Shown here piece by piece: positions 1 to 8,329 of a stretch of 64,000 nucleotides of DNA; positions within the stretch are counted from its first letter, which is position 1; each line of letters starts with the position of its first letter. The position numbers and the translations under genes are program-made. The notes beneath the pieces are model-generated. The model was given only the letters and a program-made list of their open reading frames with translations, searched no databases and was not told the origin of the DNA. Origin of the DNA: an uncultured beta proteobacterium (lineage in GTDB: Bacteria; Pseudomonadota; Gammaproteobacteria; Burkholderiales; SG8-39); contig CAIYPG010000113.1 of assembly GCA_903928055.1 (NCBI GenBank), positions 128,850-192,849 of the forward strand, in the 5' to 3' direction.

Positions 1-2106
1 AAGCGCGACGTCAAGGATCGCAAGGACGAGGATCTGACCCAGGAACCGGAAATGATCAAGGCATTCCGGGACACATGGGAGTTGGGGATTCACTCCTATC
101 TGACTTACCTGCGGGATCGTTTGCTTCTGGCGAAAGAACTGCTGCATGAGTCGGGCAGCGTGTTTGTGCAGATCTCGGATGAAAATTTGCATCATGTACG
201 TGAGTTGATGGATGACTTATTTGGTGCCGAAAATCATATCTGCACAATCATATATGCGACTTCGACTGGCCGAACTTCTAGTTATTTGGCTTCAGTGAAT
301 GACTACATTGTTTGGTATGGAAAAAGCAAGAATATTAAGTACAACCAACTATTTGTAGAGAAAGAAGGTACTGCCGAGACTGAAGAAAATGAATTTGAAC
401 TCGGTGATTTAACCTCTCAGGGCGAAGCTAGCCTAGAGCAGCCTTTTGGTTTTCATAACTCAACGTTTTATCCCGCTAAGGGTAGGCACTGGAGTAATGA
501 TCATCTTGTTGGGATGTCGCGTATTGCAAAAGCTGGGAGGATTATTCAGGTAAGCACGACACAAATTCGGGCTAAAAAGGTATTGGGTGAGCATTCGACA
601 TCACCAAGAAATAGTTTTTGGTTGGACACGCAATTTGGTGCGTTTTCAAAGGAAAAAATATACGCAGTACAGACGGCACAAAGAGTCATTGAGCGTTGCT
701 TGCTGATGACCACCGCTCCAGGTGACTTGGTGATGGACCCGACTTGCGGCTCTGGCACTACCGCCTTTGCTGCTGAAAAGTGGGGCCGACGCTGGATTAC
801 GTGCGATACCTCACGCGTTGCGGTAACGCTGGCCAAGCAAAGGCTGATGACTGCTAGCTACGACTATTTCGAATTGCGATATCCAAACGAAGGGCTGCGC
901 GGTGCCTTTATTTACAAAACCGTGCCGCATGTCACTCTGAAATCCATTGCCGATAATCCGGAGATCGATGAGATATTCGGGCGTATGTACCCGGCGATTA
1001 AATCGGCGCTTCAGGAACTTAACAAGACGGCCAAACAGAAATTTAATGAATGGCAAGTACCATCCGATTTCCCGGATAGTTGGCCTAGTGCGGCGCGTGA
1101 TGCATTCGACGCCTTTCAGGCAGCATGCCAAGCAATGCAAAAACAGATGGATATGTCCATCGCTGCCCACGCCGACTCCGAAATTCTTTATGACCAGCCG
1201 GAGAAATCCAAATCCAAGCTGCGCATCACCGGCCCGTTTACGGTGGAGGCAGTTCCCTTCGCGACAGTGCTGTCCCTCGATGAAGCAGAGCAGCCCAAGG
1301 ATGCCGACGTGGCGGTGGCCCGTTCCGGCGAATCCGCGCGGCAGCATTCCTGGCGTGACGAACTTCTGAAAACCGGTATCCGCGGCAAAGGCGGGCAGTT
1401 GCTCAAGTTCAGCAGCCTCGAAACTTTGCCCGGCACGGTTTGCCTGCATGCGACCGGCACGCTGGATTCGGGTGAGCGGGTGGTGGTGAGTTTCGGACCG
1501 GAACATGCGGCGCTGGAACAAAGGCAGGTGGAGCATGGTCTGCGCGAGGCGGGCGAACTTTTTCCGCTACCCAAGATGATTGTGTTCTGCGCCTTTAATT
1601 TCGATCCCGAGGCCGCCAAGGACATCGACGCGGTGAAGGGTATTACCGCGCTCAAGGCGCAGATGAACACCGACCTGCTGACTGAAGACCTGAAGAAAGC
1701 GCGCTCCTCCAACCAGAGCTTCTGGCTCATGGGTCAGCCCGACGTGGATCTGCGCAAGCGCAAGGATGGCAGCTACGAGGTCGAGGTGAACGGCTTCGAC
1801 TATTTCGACACTGCCAAGGGTGAACTGGTCTCCGGCGGCAAGGGCAGGATCGCCATGTGGTCGCTGGATACCGATTACGATGACCGTTCGCTGTTTCCGC
1901 GTCAGGTGTTCTTCCCCATGGCAGGCAAGGGCGAGGGCTGGGCCAAACTCAAGCGCGACATCCGCGCCGAACTCGACGAAAGCCTGCTCGATAAATTCCA
2001 GGGGACGGTGTCCCTGCCTTTCGAGGCCGGCGACAACAGGAAGATCGCGGTGAAGATCGTCGATGATCGCGGCATCGAGTCGCTAAAAGTCATTCCGCTT
2101 ACCTAA
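1..2106 (+). CDS. mod: Type III restriction-modification DNA methyltransferase, Mod subunit (5' end lies outside the window)
   Basis: The frame is open from base 1, so the listed ORF 52..2106 only marks the first in-frame ATG. SAM-binding motif I 'LVMDPTCGSGTTAFAAEKWGRRWITCD' lies C-terminal to a variable block. That is the beta-class order seen in Type III Mod / N6-N4 methylases. The gene ends 9 nt before a Res-type helicase-nuclease gene. Confidence 0.85.
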   Translation, partial: KRDVKDRKDEDLTQEPEMIKAFRDTWELGIHSYLTYLRDRLLLAKELLHESGSVFVQISDENLHHVRELMDDLFGAENHICTIIYATSTGRTSSYLASVNDYIVWYGKSKNIKYNQLFVEKEGTAETEENEFELGDLTSQGEASLEQPFGFHNSTFYPAKGRHWSNDHLVGMSRIAKAGRIIQVSTTQIRAKKVLGEHSTSPRNSFWLDTQFGAFSKEKIYAVQTAQRVIERCLLMTTAPGDLVMDPTCGSGTTAFAAEKWGRRWITCDTSRVAVTLAKQRLMTASYDYFELRYPNEGLRGAFIYKTVPHVTLKSIADNPEIDEIFGRMYPAIKSALQELNKTAKQKFNEWQVPSDFPDSWPSAARDAFDAFQAACQAMQKQMDMSIAAHADSEILYDQPEKSKSKLRITGPFTVEAVPFATVLSLDEAEQPKDADVAVARSGESARQHSWRDELLKTGIRGKGGQLLKFSSLETLPGTVCLHATGTLDSGERVVVSFGPEHAALEQRQVEHGLREAGELFPLPKMIVFCAFNFDPEAAKDIDAVKGITALKAQMNTDLLTEDLKKARSSNQSFWLMGQPDVDLRKRKDGSYEVEVNGFDYFDTAKGELVSGGKGRIAMWSLDTDYDDRSLFPRQVFFPMAGKGEGWAKLKRDIRAELDESLLDKFQGTVSLPFEAGDNRKIAVKIVDDRGIESLKVIPLT

Positions 2107-2115
2107 GGCGCCGCC

Positions 2116-4902
2116 ATGGCCGCGCCGAAATCACTGATCATCAATACGCCCTACGACTGCCCGTCGCGGCATTGGGCGCAGGGACGTGCCGGCGCGCTTT
2201 CGATGGTCGAAACCCGGCGCGAGGCGGGCTACGAGATTTTCGATATCCGCAACAACACCCGCAGGACCGAACCGCTGACGCTGGTGAATGCGATCCGCGA
2301 GCGAGTGGACGCGTGGCGCGCGGCGGACTATCCCGGTATCACCAGCGTGACCCGCACGCTGCTTGAACACTGGTATGACCGCACCGCCAGGGACCTGCCC
2401 TTCTACTTCTGCCAGTTGGAGGCCATCGAAACCGTGATCTGGTGGGTGGAGGCAGCGCCGGAGCACAAGCAGGGCATCCACGTGCCGGGCGACGGCGGGG
2501 CGTGGGAACGGTTGTGCAACAAGATGGCCACCGGCAGCGGCAAGACCACGGTGATGGCCATGATCATCACTTGGCAGGTGCTGAACGCGCTGACCTATCC
2601 GAAGCGCAATCGGGATTTCTCGCGCATTGTGTTCATGGTTGCGCCCGGCCTGACGGTCAAGGAGCGCCTGCAGGTGCTTTATCCGGGTAATGTCGGCAAT
2701 TACTACGATCAATTCAGCCTTTGCCCCTCGGATGCCCTTCGCCAGAAGCTCAACCAGATGGAAATCCAGGTAGAGAACTGGCACACGCTCATGCCGCTGA
2801 AGGAAACCGCGCGCTCGGTGGTGAAGAAGGGCGCCGAAAGCGACGAGGCCTATACCCGGCGCGTCATGGGCAAGCTGGCCGGTTTCAAGGATTTCATCGT
2901 CATCAACGACGAAGCCCACCACGCCTATCGCATTCCCGCCGACATCAAGGTCAAGAAAAGCGATGACTTCGATCCCGAAGAGGCCACGCGCTGGATAGAA
3001 GGGCTGGACCGGCTGCACAAGACGCGGCGCATTCTGCGCTGTTTCGATTTGTCCGCCACGCCATTTGCGCCCACCGGCCGGGCCAACACCGAACAGGGCT
3101 TGTTCGACTGGATCGTGTCGGACTTTGGCCTGAACGACGCGATCGAGGCAGGGTTGGTGAAAACGCCGAGGGTGGTGGTGCGCGATGATGCGTTGCCCGA
3201 TGCGAGAACACTGCGATCGAAGCTGTATCACATTTATCGCGATGATTCCGTCGCAGATGATTTGAATCGCCGAGGCGCGCAACCGCACGAGGCCCTGCCC
3301 AAGCTGGTGCAGGATGCCTATACGATCCTGGGGGCCGACTGGCGTGAAACGCGCCGACAGTGGAGTGAAGCCGGGCATGTTTCCCCGCCGGTGATCCTGA
3401 CGGTGTGCAATCGCACCGAAACGGCGGCGCGCATCGAGCACTACTTCAGCAAGGGCAATGCCCACTGGCCGGAACTGCACGCCCCGGATCGCACCCTGCG
3501 CGTGGATTCGAAAGTGCTGGAAAAGGCCGAGATCGGAGAGACGGCGTCATCCGACAAGGACTATGAGGCCCGCCTGAAGGCCATCGTGGATGCCGCGAAC
3601 ATCCCGCAGGATCGCAAGGAACGGCTGGCCGGGCACAAGAAGGAAGAGCTGCTGCGGGAGATCGTCGATAACGTCGGCAAGCGCGGCACCGCCGGCCAGG
3701 ATCTGCAGACGGTGATATCGGTGGCGATGCTGTCGGAGGGCTGGGACGCCAAGAACGTGACACACATCATGGGGCTGCGTGCCTTCACCAGCCAGTTGCT
3801 GTGCGAGCAGGTGATCGGTCGTGGTCTGCGCCGGGTGGCCTATGACGTCGACGAAAACGGCTTGTTCAAGCCGGAATACGTCAATGTGTTCGGTGTGCCC
3901 CTGTCGATATTCCAGGATGTGGGCGAAGGCGGGGATGCGCCGCCGCCACCGAAACCCAGCACACAGATTGAATCGCTGATTGATCGCAATGCCTTCGAAA
4001 TACGCTGGCCGAATGTGTTGCGCATTGACGTGGTCGTGCGTCCGATACTGGTGGTGGATTGGGACAAGGTGGATGAACTGACCATTGATCCGGCCCATAC
4101 GCCGATCAGCGCCGAGATCGCGCCGGCCGTCGGCGGGGCCACCGACTGGAACAAGATTCACGAAATCGACCTGGAAAAACTGCCCGAGGAATTCCGGCTC
4201 CAGCGACTGACCTTCAAGGCGGCGCGCAAGGCATTCGATGAACTGGGCCAGAAGTTCAGAGGCAATCGTGAGTTTCTGGTGGTCCAGCTCATTCGTCTGG
4301 TCGAGGAGTTCCTGCGTTCGGACAAGGTGAAGATACCGTCACTTTTCCATCAGGATCCGCTGCGCAAGCGCATTCTGCTGTCATTGAATGTCGACATCCT
4401 CGTGCAGCATCTGCTGCGCTTTGTGACCGAGCAGAACCAGGAGCGCATCGAGCCGGTGTTCGACGAGGAGTTTCCGATCGGATCGACACGCGCCATGCGC
4501 ACCTGGTACACCACGAAGGTGTGCCATCCGACGCAGCGCTCGCAGATCAGCCACATGGTGGCCGACAGCGCCTGGGAGCAATATGGCGCGAACCTGCTGG
4601 AGACAAGCAGACAGGTGGTGGCCTATGCCAAGAACGATCACCTGGGATTCCAGATTTATTACTTGTGGAATGGCGCGCGCCGGCGGTTCATCCCGGACTT
4701 TCTGATCCGGCTCTCTAATGGCAAGACGCTGGTGCTGGAAATCAAGGGCGAAGATTCGGAACAGAACCGCGCCAAACGCTCAGCGCTGGATGCCTGGGTG
4801 AAGGGCGTGAATGCCAAAGGCGGCTTCGGCACGTGGTGCTGGGACGTGGCGTTTCAGCCGGCGCAGATTCATGACATCGTGCAGAAGCACGGGGCGGCCT
4901 GA
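2116..4902 (+). CDS. res: Type III restriction endonuclease, Res subunit (SF2 helicase plus PD-(D/E)xK nuclease)
   Basis: 928 aa. Helicase motif I 'MATGSGKTTVMAMII', DEAH box 'VINDEAHHAY', motif VI 'QVIGRGLRR'. C-terminal nuclease-like core 'FIPDFLIRL...LVLEIKGEDSEQ'. Tightly follows mod. Confidence 0.85.
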   Translation: MAAPKSLIINTPYDCPSRHWAQGRAGALSMVETRREAGYEIFDIRNNTRRTEPLTLVNAIRERVDAWRAADYPGITSVTRTLLEHWYDRTARDLPFYFCQLEAIETVIWWVEAAPEHKQGIHVPGDGGAWERLCNKMATGSGKTTVMAMIITWQVLNALTYPKRNRDFSRIVFMVAPGLTVKERLQVLYPGNVGNYYDQFSLCPSDALRQKLNQMEIQVENWHTLMPLKETARSVVKKGAESDEAYTRRVMGKLAGFKDFIVINDEAHHAYRIPADIKVKKSDDFDPEEATRWIEGLDRLHKTRRILRCFDLSATPFAPTGRANTEQGLFDWIVSDFGLNDAIEAGLVKTPRVVVRDDALPDARTLRSKLYHIYRDDSVADDLNRRGAQPHEALPKLVQDAYTILGADWRETRRQWSEAGHVSPPVILTVCNRTETAARIEHYFSKGNAHWPELHAPDRTLRVDSKVLEKAEIGETASSDKDYEARLKAIVDAANIPQDRKERLAGHKKEELLREIVDNVGKRGTAGQDLQTVISVAMLSEGWDAKNVTHIMGLRAFTSQLLCEQVIGRGLRRVAYDVDENGLFKPEYVNVFGVPLSIFQDVGEGGDAPPPPKPSTQIESLIDRNAFEIRWPNVLRIDVVVRPILVVDWDKVDELTIDPAHTPISAEIAPAVGGATDWNKIHEIDLEKLPEEFRLQRLTFKAARKAFDELGQKFRGNREFLVVQLIRLVEEFLRSDKVKIPSLFHQDPLRKRILLSLNVDILVQHLLRFVTEQNQERIEPVFDEEFPIGSTRAMRTWYTTKVCHPTQRSQISHMVADSAWEQYGANLLETSRQVVAYAKNDHLGFQIYYLWNGARRRFIPDFLIRLSNGKTLVLEIKGEDSEQNRAKRSALDAWVKGVNAKGGFGTWCWDVAFQPAQIHDIVQKHGAA

Positions 4903-4956
4903 AGCCTTCAGCGCGCATTGCCGGGATCAACGGCCAATCACGTGATGCACAAATGA

Positions 4957-4980
4957 GAAGCCCCGCAACGGCGGGGCTTC
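4957..4980 (+). terminator. Stem-loop downstream of res (GAAGCCCCGC-aacg-GCGGGGCTTC)
   Basis: Perfect 10-bp GC-rich stem about 55 nt after the res stop. It is followed by GGGGTT rather than a clear U-tract, so intrinsic-terminator function is uncertain. Confidence 0.4.
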
Positions 4981-5540
4981 GGGGTTGGGGCCACCATCGG
5001 CGGCCCCGTTTTGCTTCGAGTGGTCACGTTGCCGTGACGTTGCCGACCTGACTCGCCGGCTTCAAGGTTGCGTTGTTGGTATCTTCATCGATAGGATTGC
5101 CTCCACATTCGATTCGACAACATTGCACCTGATCAGGGTTCAAGCTCCGGTTCCGCAGAACGGGGCGATCCTCAAACATCATGTCGAGGGTGGTTGTCGC
5201 ACATTCGCTTCAGGTACACCCGCCGCAACAGCACCGGGGGCGCGCACAACGGCGTAACACTTGGGCGACAACCAGATCTTGCATTGTTGGTTTGAGAACT
5301 CACCACGCTCCGAATTACCGGAGTACTTTCAGTTGACGCCTTTCAATTGCCGCTGTCAACACGATTCGGCGAATCTTTTTTTCTGCATGCCGCGCGTGCA
5401 TTCACAATGCGTTCCCTGTCGCGACGTAAATACATGAAAGTCTCATTTCAACGGGCACTTGCGAACAAGAACGGAGTTCTTTATTCACCGGATTGACCTG
5501 GATCAAGCAATGATTTCCGTTATGCACCCAGAATTTTGCA

Positions 5541-6179
5541 ATGAAGAACCTCTGGCGTCTGAGGGATTTTGTCGTCGGCATGACCGGACTGTTCGACAAG
5601 GGTGCGGTCACCGAGGTTGATGTGCTGCGCGCCACGGGCCGCTTGCTGTCGGCACTGGTCGCGCATGACGACTGGCTTCCCGAAGAGTTCGCAAAGCCCC
5701 ACGCGGCACACCATCAGGAGTATCTGCTGCATTGCGATCCGCTCGAGCGTTTCAGTGTCGTGAGCGTGGTGCTGGGGCCTTCGCAGAAAATGCCGGTGCA
5801 CGATCATCTGACCTGGTGCCTGTCCGGCGTGCTGCGCGGCATGGAGCATTTCGAGGAGTACCGGCATGAAGGTGAGGGCCGTCCCATGCTCAAGACCGGT
5901 GACCACATCGGGCCGCAAGGGGAGATCGAGGCGGTGTCCCCATCGATCGGCGACATCCACACGATCAGCAACGCCATGCCTTACCGGACCACGGTCAGCA
6001 TTCACGTCTTTGGCGCCAACATCGGCGTGATGAAGCGCCACAAGTTCGTGCTGCCCACCGGCGAGAAGCAGGACTATGTTTCAGGTTACTGCAACACGGT
6101 GCTGCCCAATTTCTGGAATGCCTCGCCGGGCCATCAACCATCCCGCGGCAGCGGCATGGCCGGGCCGCTGCTGATCTAG
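5541..6179 (+). CDS. Cysteine dioxygenase type I family thiol dioxygenase (3-mercaptopropionate dioxygenase-like cupin)
   Basis: 212 aa. Blocks 'DDWLPEEFAKPH...QEYLLHCDPLERFSVVSVVLGPSQKMPVHDHLTWCLSGVLRGME' and 'VSPSIGDIHTISN...VSIHVFGANIG' parallel, from memory, the Pseudomonas 3-mercaptopropionate dioxygenase / CDO_I family, including the H-x-H...H metal pattern. Confidence 0.75.
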   Translation: MKNLWRLRDFVVGMTGLFDKGAVTEVDVLRATGRLLSALVAHDDWLPEEFAKPHAAHHQEYLLHCDPLERFSVVSVVLGPSQKMPVHDHLTWCLSGVLRGMEHFEEYRHEGEGRPMLKTGDHIGPQGEIEAVSPSIGDIHTISNAMPYRTTVSIHVFGANIGVMKRHKFVLPTGEKQDYVSGYCNTVLPNFWNASPGHQPSRGSGMAGPLLI

Positions 6180-6200
6180 CGATCCTTCACTGCCGCAACC

Positions 6201-7190
6201 TCACTCTTCAAGCTTCATGTTGTTTTCAGTGACGATCTTGCGATAGCGCGCCACCTCGGTGGCGAGTTGCTGGCGAAGCTGCTCGGGCGTGCTGCCCACC
6301 ATCTCGGCGCTGTCGGCCGCCATCCTGGCAACGACTTCAGGTGCCTTGGCCACAAAGGCGAAGGCCGCACTCCAGCGGTTGACGATGGCAGGTGGTGTCT
6401 TTGCCGGCGCCATGTAAGCCGACCAGCTGTTGTAGTCGTAATCGGGGTAGCCCTGTTCGGAGATGGGCACGAGGTCCGGCATGAACTTGGACCGCGCCGC
6501 GGTCATGTTGGCGATGGGCAGCAGCTTTCCGGCCTTGACATAGCCGGACACGACAAAGGGCAGTCCGGGTGCCGCATCGATGCGCCCGGCAATGAAGTCG
6601 GTGTACATCGGCCCCGCGCCCTTGAAATGCACAAAGGTGACGTCCGTCTTGGTCATGCTGTGCAGCCAGGCCCCGGCGATGTGGAAGATGCCGCCGCCAC
6701 CGGAGGTGCCGAAGTTGAGCTTGCCTGGATTGGCCTTGGTGTAGGCGACGTATTCCTTGAAGTTCTTGACGCCCAGGTCGGGACGAACCAGCAGCATGGC
6801 GCTGCGCTTGTTGATCAGGGAGATCGGCGCAAAGTCCTTGATCGGATCATAGGGCAGCTTGTCCAGAGGGAAGAAGGCCGGATAGACCGCGAAGCCGGGG
6901 GTGATCGCGAGGATGGTGTAGCCGTCGGGCTGCGCCTTGGCCACGTAGATCGTGCCCAGTGACGAGCCTGCGCCCGGCTTGTAGTCGATCAGCACCGGAT
7001 GCTTCAGGTCTTCCATCAGCCGTTGCTGATAGAGGCGCGTTTCGATGTCCGTCGACGCACCCGTGGTGAAGGGCAGCACGATGGTGACGGGCTTGGTGGG
7101 AAAGTTTGTGGCGGTCTGCGCGAGGACGGCACTTGAACAGAGTGTGACAACGGCTGCAGCAACAGACTTCAGCAGACGGGTTGAAACCAT
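6201..7190 (-). CDS. Bug family tripartite tricarboxylate transporter substrate-binding protein (TctC-like)
   Basis: Track ORF 6201..7421 trimmed to the Met at residue 78. This gives the signal peptide 'MVSTRLLKSVAAAVVTLCSSAVLAQ', preceded by AAAGGAGA. Bug hallmark 'PTKPVTIVLPFTTGASTD'. Confidence 0.85.
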   Translation of the reverse strand: MVSTRLLKSVAAAVVTLCSSAVLAQTATNFPTKPVTIVLPFTTGASTDIETRLYQQRLMEDLKHPVLIDYKPGAGSSLGTIYVAKAQPDGYTILAITPGFAVYPAFFPLDKLPYDPIKDFAPISLINKRSAMLLVRPDLGVKNFKEYVAYTKANPGKLNFGTSGGGGIFHIAGAWLHSMTKTDVTFVHFKGAGPMYTDFIAGRIDAAPGLPFVVSGYVKAGKLLPIANMTAARSKFMPDLVPISEQGYPDYDYNSWSAYMAPAKTPPAIVNRWSAAFAFVAKAPEVVARMAADSAEMVGSTPEQLRQQLATEVARYRKIVTENNMKLEE

Positions 7191-7436
7191 GACCTGAATC
7201 TCCTTTTCGCGATATGGCCTGAATTGCCGGTCGATGTGGATCGCCGGCCGCGCCAGGCCCTTCGCAAACAGGGAAGAACCCGCGCCTTGCGCCGTTTCTG
7301 GTGACGGCTGCAGCAAGTGTATACCGCAATTGCCGCGATCGCCTCGGGTTGGCACAGTGCCGCGGTGTCGCGCAGCAGCGCGAAATGGAAGATAAGGCAG
7401 TGAGCGTGGAAGCGGCCGCAAGCGGCGCCGGGGGAC

Positions 7437-8066
7437 TCAGGCCGGCTTGCGGGTCGCCGCGTCGATCAATGCGGCGGCCATGGCGCGCGCTGCCGTGGCG
7501 GTGCTGGTATCGCGATCCATCTGCGTTGTGACAATCGCGCCGTCGTAGATCACCACCAGTTGCTGTGCCAGTTGTTCGGGGTTGGCGGCGCCCGCCTCAC
7601 GAGCAAGGTCGAGGAACAGGCCGCGCGTCCAGGCGCGTGAACTGTCGCAGGCCCGGCTGATCATGCTGTCGGGCTTTGCCTCCGCACTCGCCCTGATGAA
7701 GGCGCAGCCGCGGAAATCGGACTCCTCGAAAATTTCGGCCATCACCTCATAGATGCCGAGCAGCTTGTCGCGCGGATTGTCGCGGGTCGCGAGCTTTTTC
7801 AGCATGCGCTCCCGGCGTGCCTGGAACTTGGCTTCGAGGTAGGCGCGGATGAGTTCGTCCTTGCTGCCGAAGGCGCTGTACAGCGAAGCCTTGGCCACGC
7901 CGGCATGCGCAATCACGCGATCGATGCCGACCGTGTTGATGCCCTCTTCGTAGAACAACTCCGATGCGGCAGTAAGCAGGCGCTCACGTGCCGACACACG
8001 CTCCGTCGCGGGTTTCTCCGCAGCGGGGCTGTGCTGGACGGCGGGGGCCAATTTGCTTGTGGACAT
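7437..8066 (-). CDS. TetR/AcrR family transcriptional regulator
   Basis: 209 aa. N-terminal HTH region 'RERLLTAASELFYEEGINTVGIDRVIAHAGVAKASLYSAFGSKDELI'. Divergent from an MFS transporter gene. Confidence 0.85.
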   Translation of the reverse strand: MSTSKLAPAVQHSPAAEKPATERVSARERLLTAASELFYEEGINTVGIDRVIAHAGVAKASLYSAFGSKDELIRAYLEAKFQARRERMLKKLATRDNPRDKLLGIYEVMAEIFEESDFRGCAFIRASAEAKPDSMISRACDSSRAWTRGLFLDLAREAGAANPEQLAQQLVVIYDGAIVTTQMDRDTSTATAARAMAAALIDAATRKPA

Positions 8067-8075
8067 TGCTTGACT

Positions 8076-8121
8076 ATACCAGACAGGTCTGTATAGTTCA
8101 AGTACAGACAGACTTGTCTGT
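8076..8121. promoter_or_regulatory. Candidate TetR operator: nested inverted repeats built from GTCTGTA / TACAGAC
   Basis: Sequence ATACcAGACagGTCTGTATagttcaagTACAGACAgactTGTCTGT, 10-55 nt upstream of the tetR start codon. ACAGACA-N4-TGTCTGT is a perfect 7-bp inverted repeat. GTCTGTA-N9-TACAGAC is a second one. Confidence 0.5.
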
Positions 8122-8150
8122 TTGTAGATAAATCAGCATCAGGAGCCAGC

Positions 8151-8255
8151 ATGACTAACAACATTGATGGAAGTAATGCATTGATTGATAAGCAAATATC
8201 AAGTATCCGCAAAGCCCGCTTTATCGTCGCCGATGCCTGGCGTTCGCCGGTTTGA
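8151..8255 (+). CDS. Small ORF (34 codons, MTNNIDGSNALIDKQISSIRKARFIVADAWRSPV), possible leader peptide of the MFS gene
   Basis: ATG preceded by AGGAG at a 5-nt spacing. Lies between the operator and the MFS gene. Its TGA overlaps an in-frame TTG of the MFS reading frame (TTGA at 8252-8255). No homology is recognised, so it may be non-coding. Confidence 0.25.
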   Translation: MTNNIDGSNALIDKQISSIRKARFIVADAWRSPV

Positions 8256-8329
8256 CCGGTGCCACGGACCACAGCGAATTACGCTTTTTCAAGCCGCCCA
8301 TTTCTTTTCAGGGAAACAGAAAGACTTCG

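Noticed and set aside
5131-5152. A tRNA T-arm-like string, GGTTCAAGCTCC, which might have marked a tRNA-derived att site next to the R-M module.
   Set aside because: The flanking bases do not form the T-stem or an acceptor stem. No cloverleaf can be drawn.
5024-5182. A 52-codon minus-strand ORF (MMFEDRPVLRNRSLNPDQVQCCRIECGGNPIDEDTNNATLKPASQVGNVTAT) in the post-R-M gap. I considered it as a possible small Cys-containing peptide or RiPP precursor.
   Set aside because: It has no SD, its codon usage is unlike neighbouring genes, it shows no recognisable motif, and no modifying enzyme is nearby. There is insufficient support to call a gene.
6201-7421. N-terminal extensions of many track ORFs. Examples: 6201..7421, 14033..15121, 17290..18357, 22489..23601, 25898..27847, 28364..29743, 35205..36581, 37509..38495, 41795..42811 and 62083..62931.
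   Set aside because: An internal start gives the family-typical N-terminus or signal peptide and is preceded by a good Shine-Dalgarno sequence. The extensions are Arg/Pro-rich and often begin with GTG or TTG, which the track renders as M.
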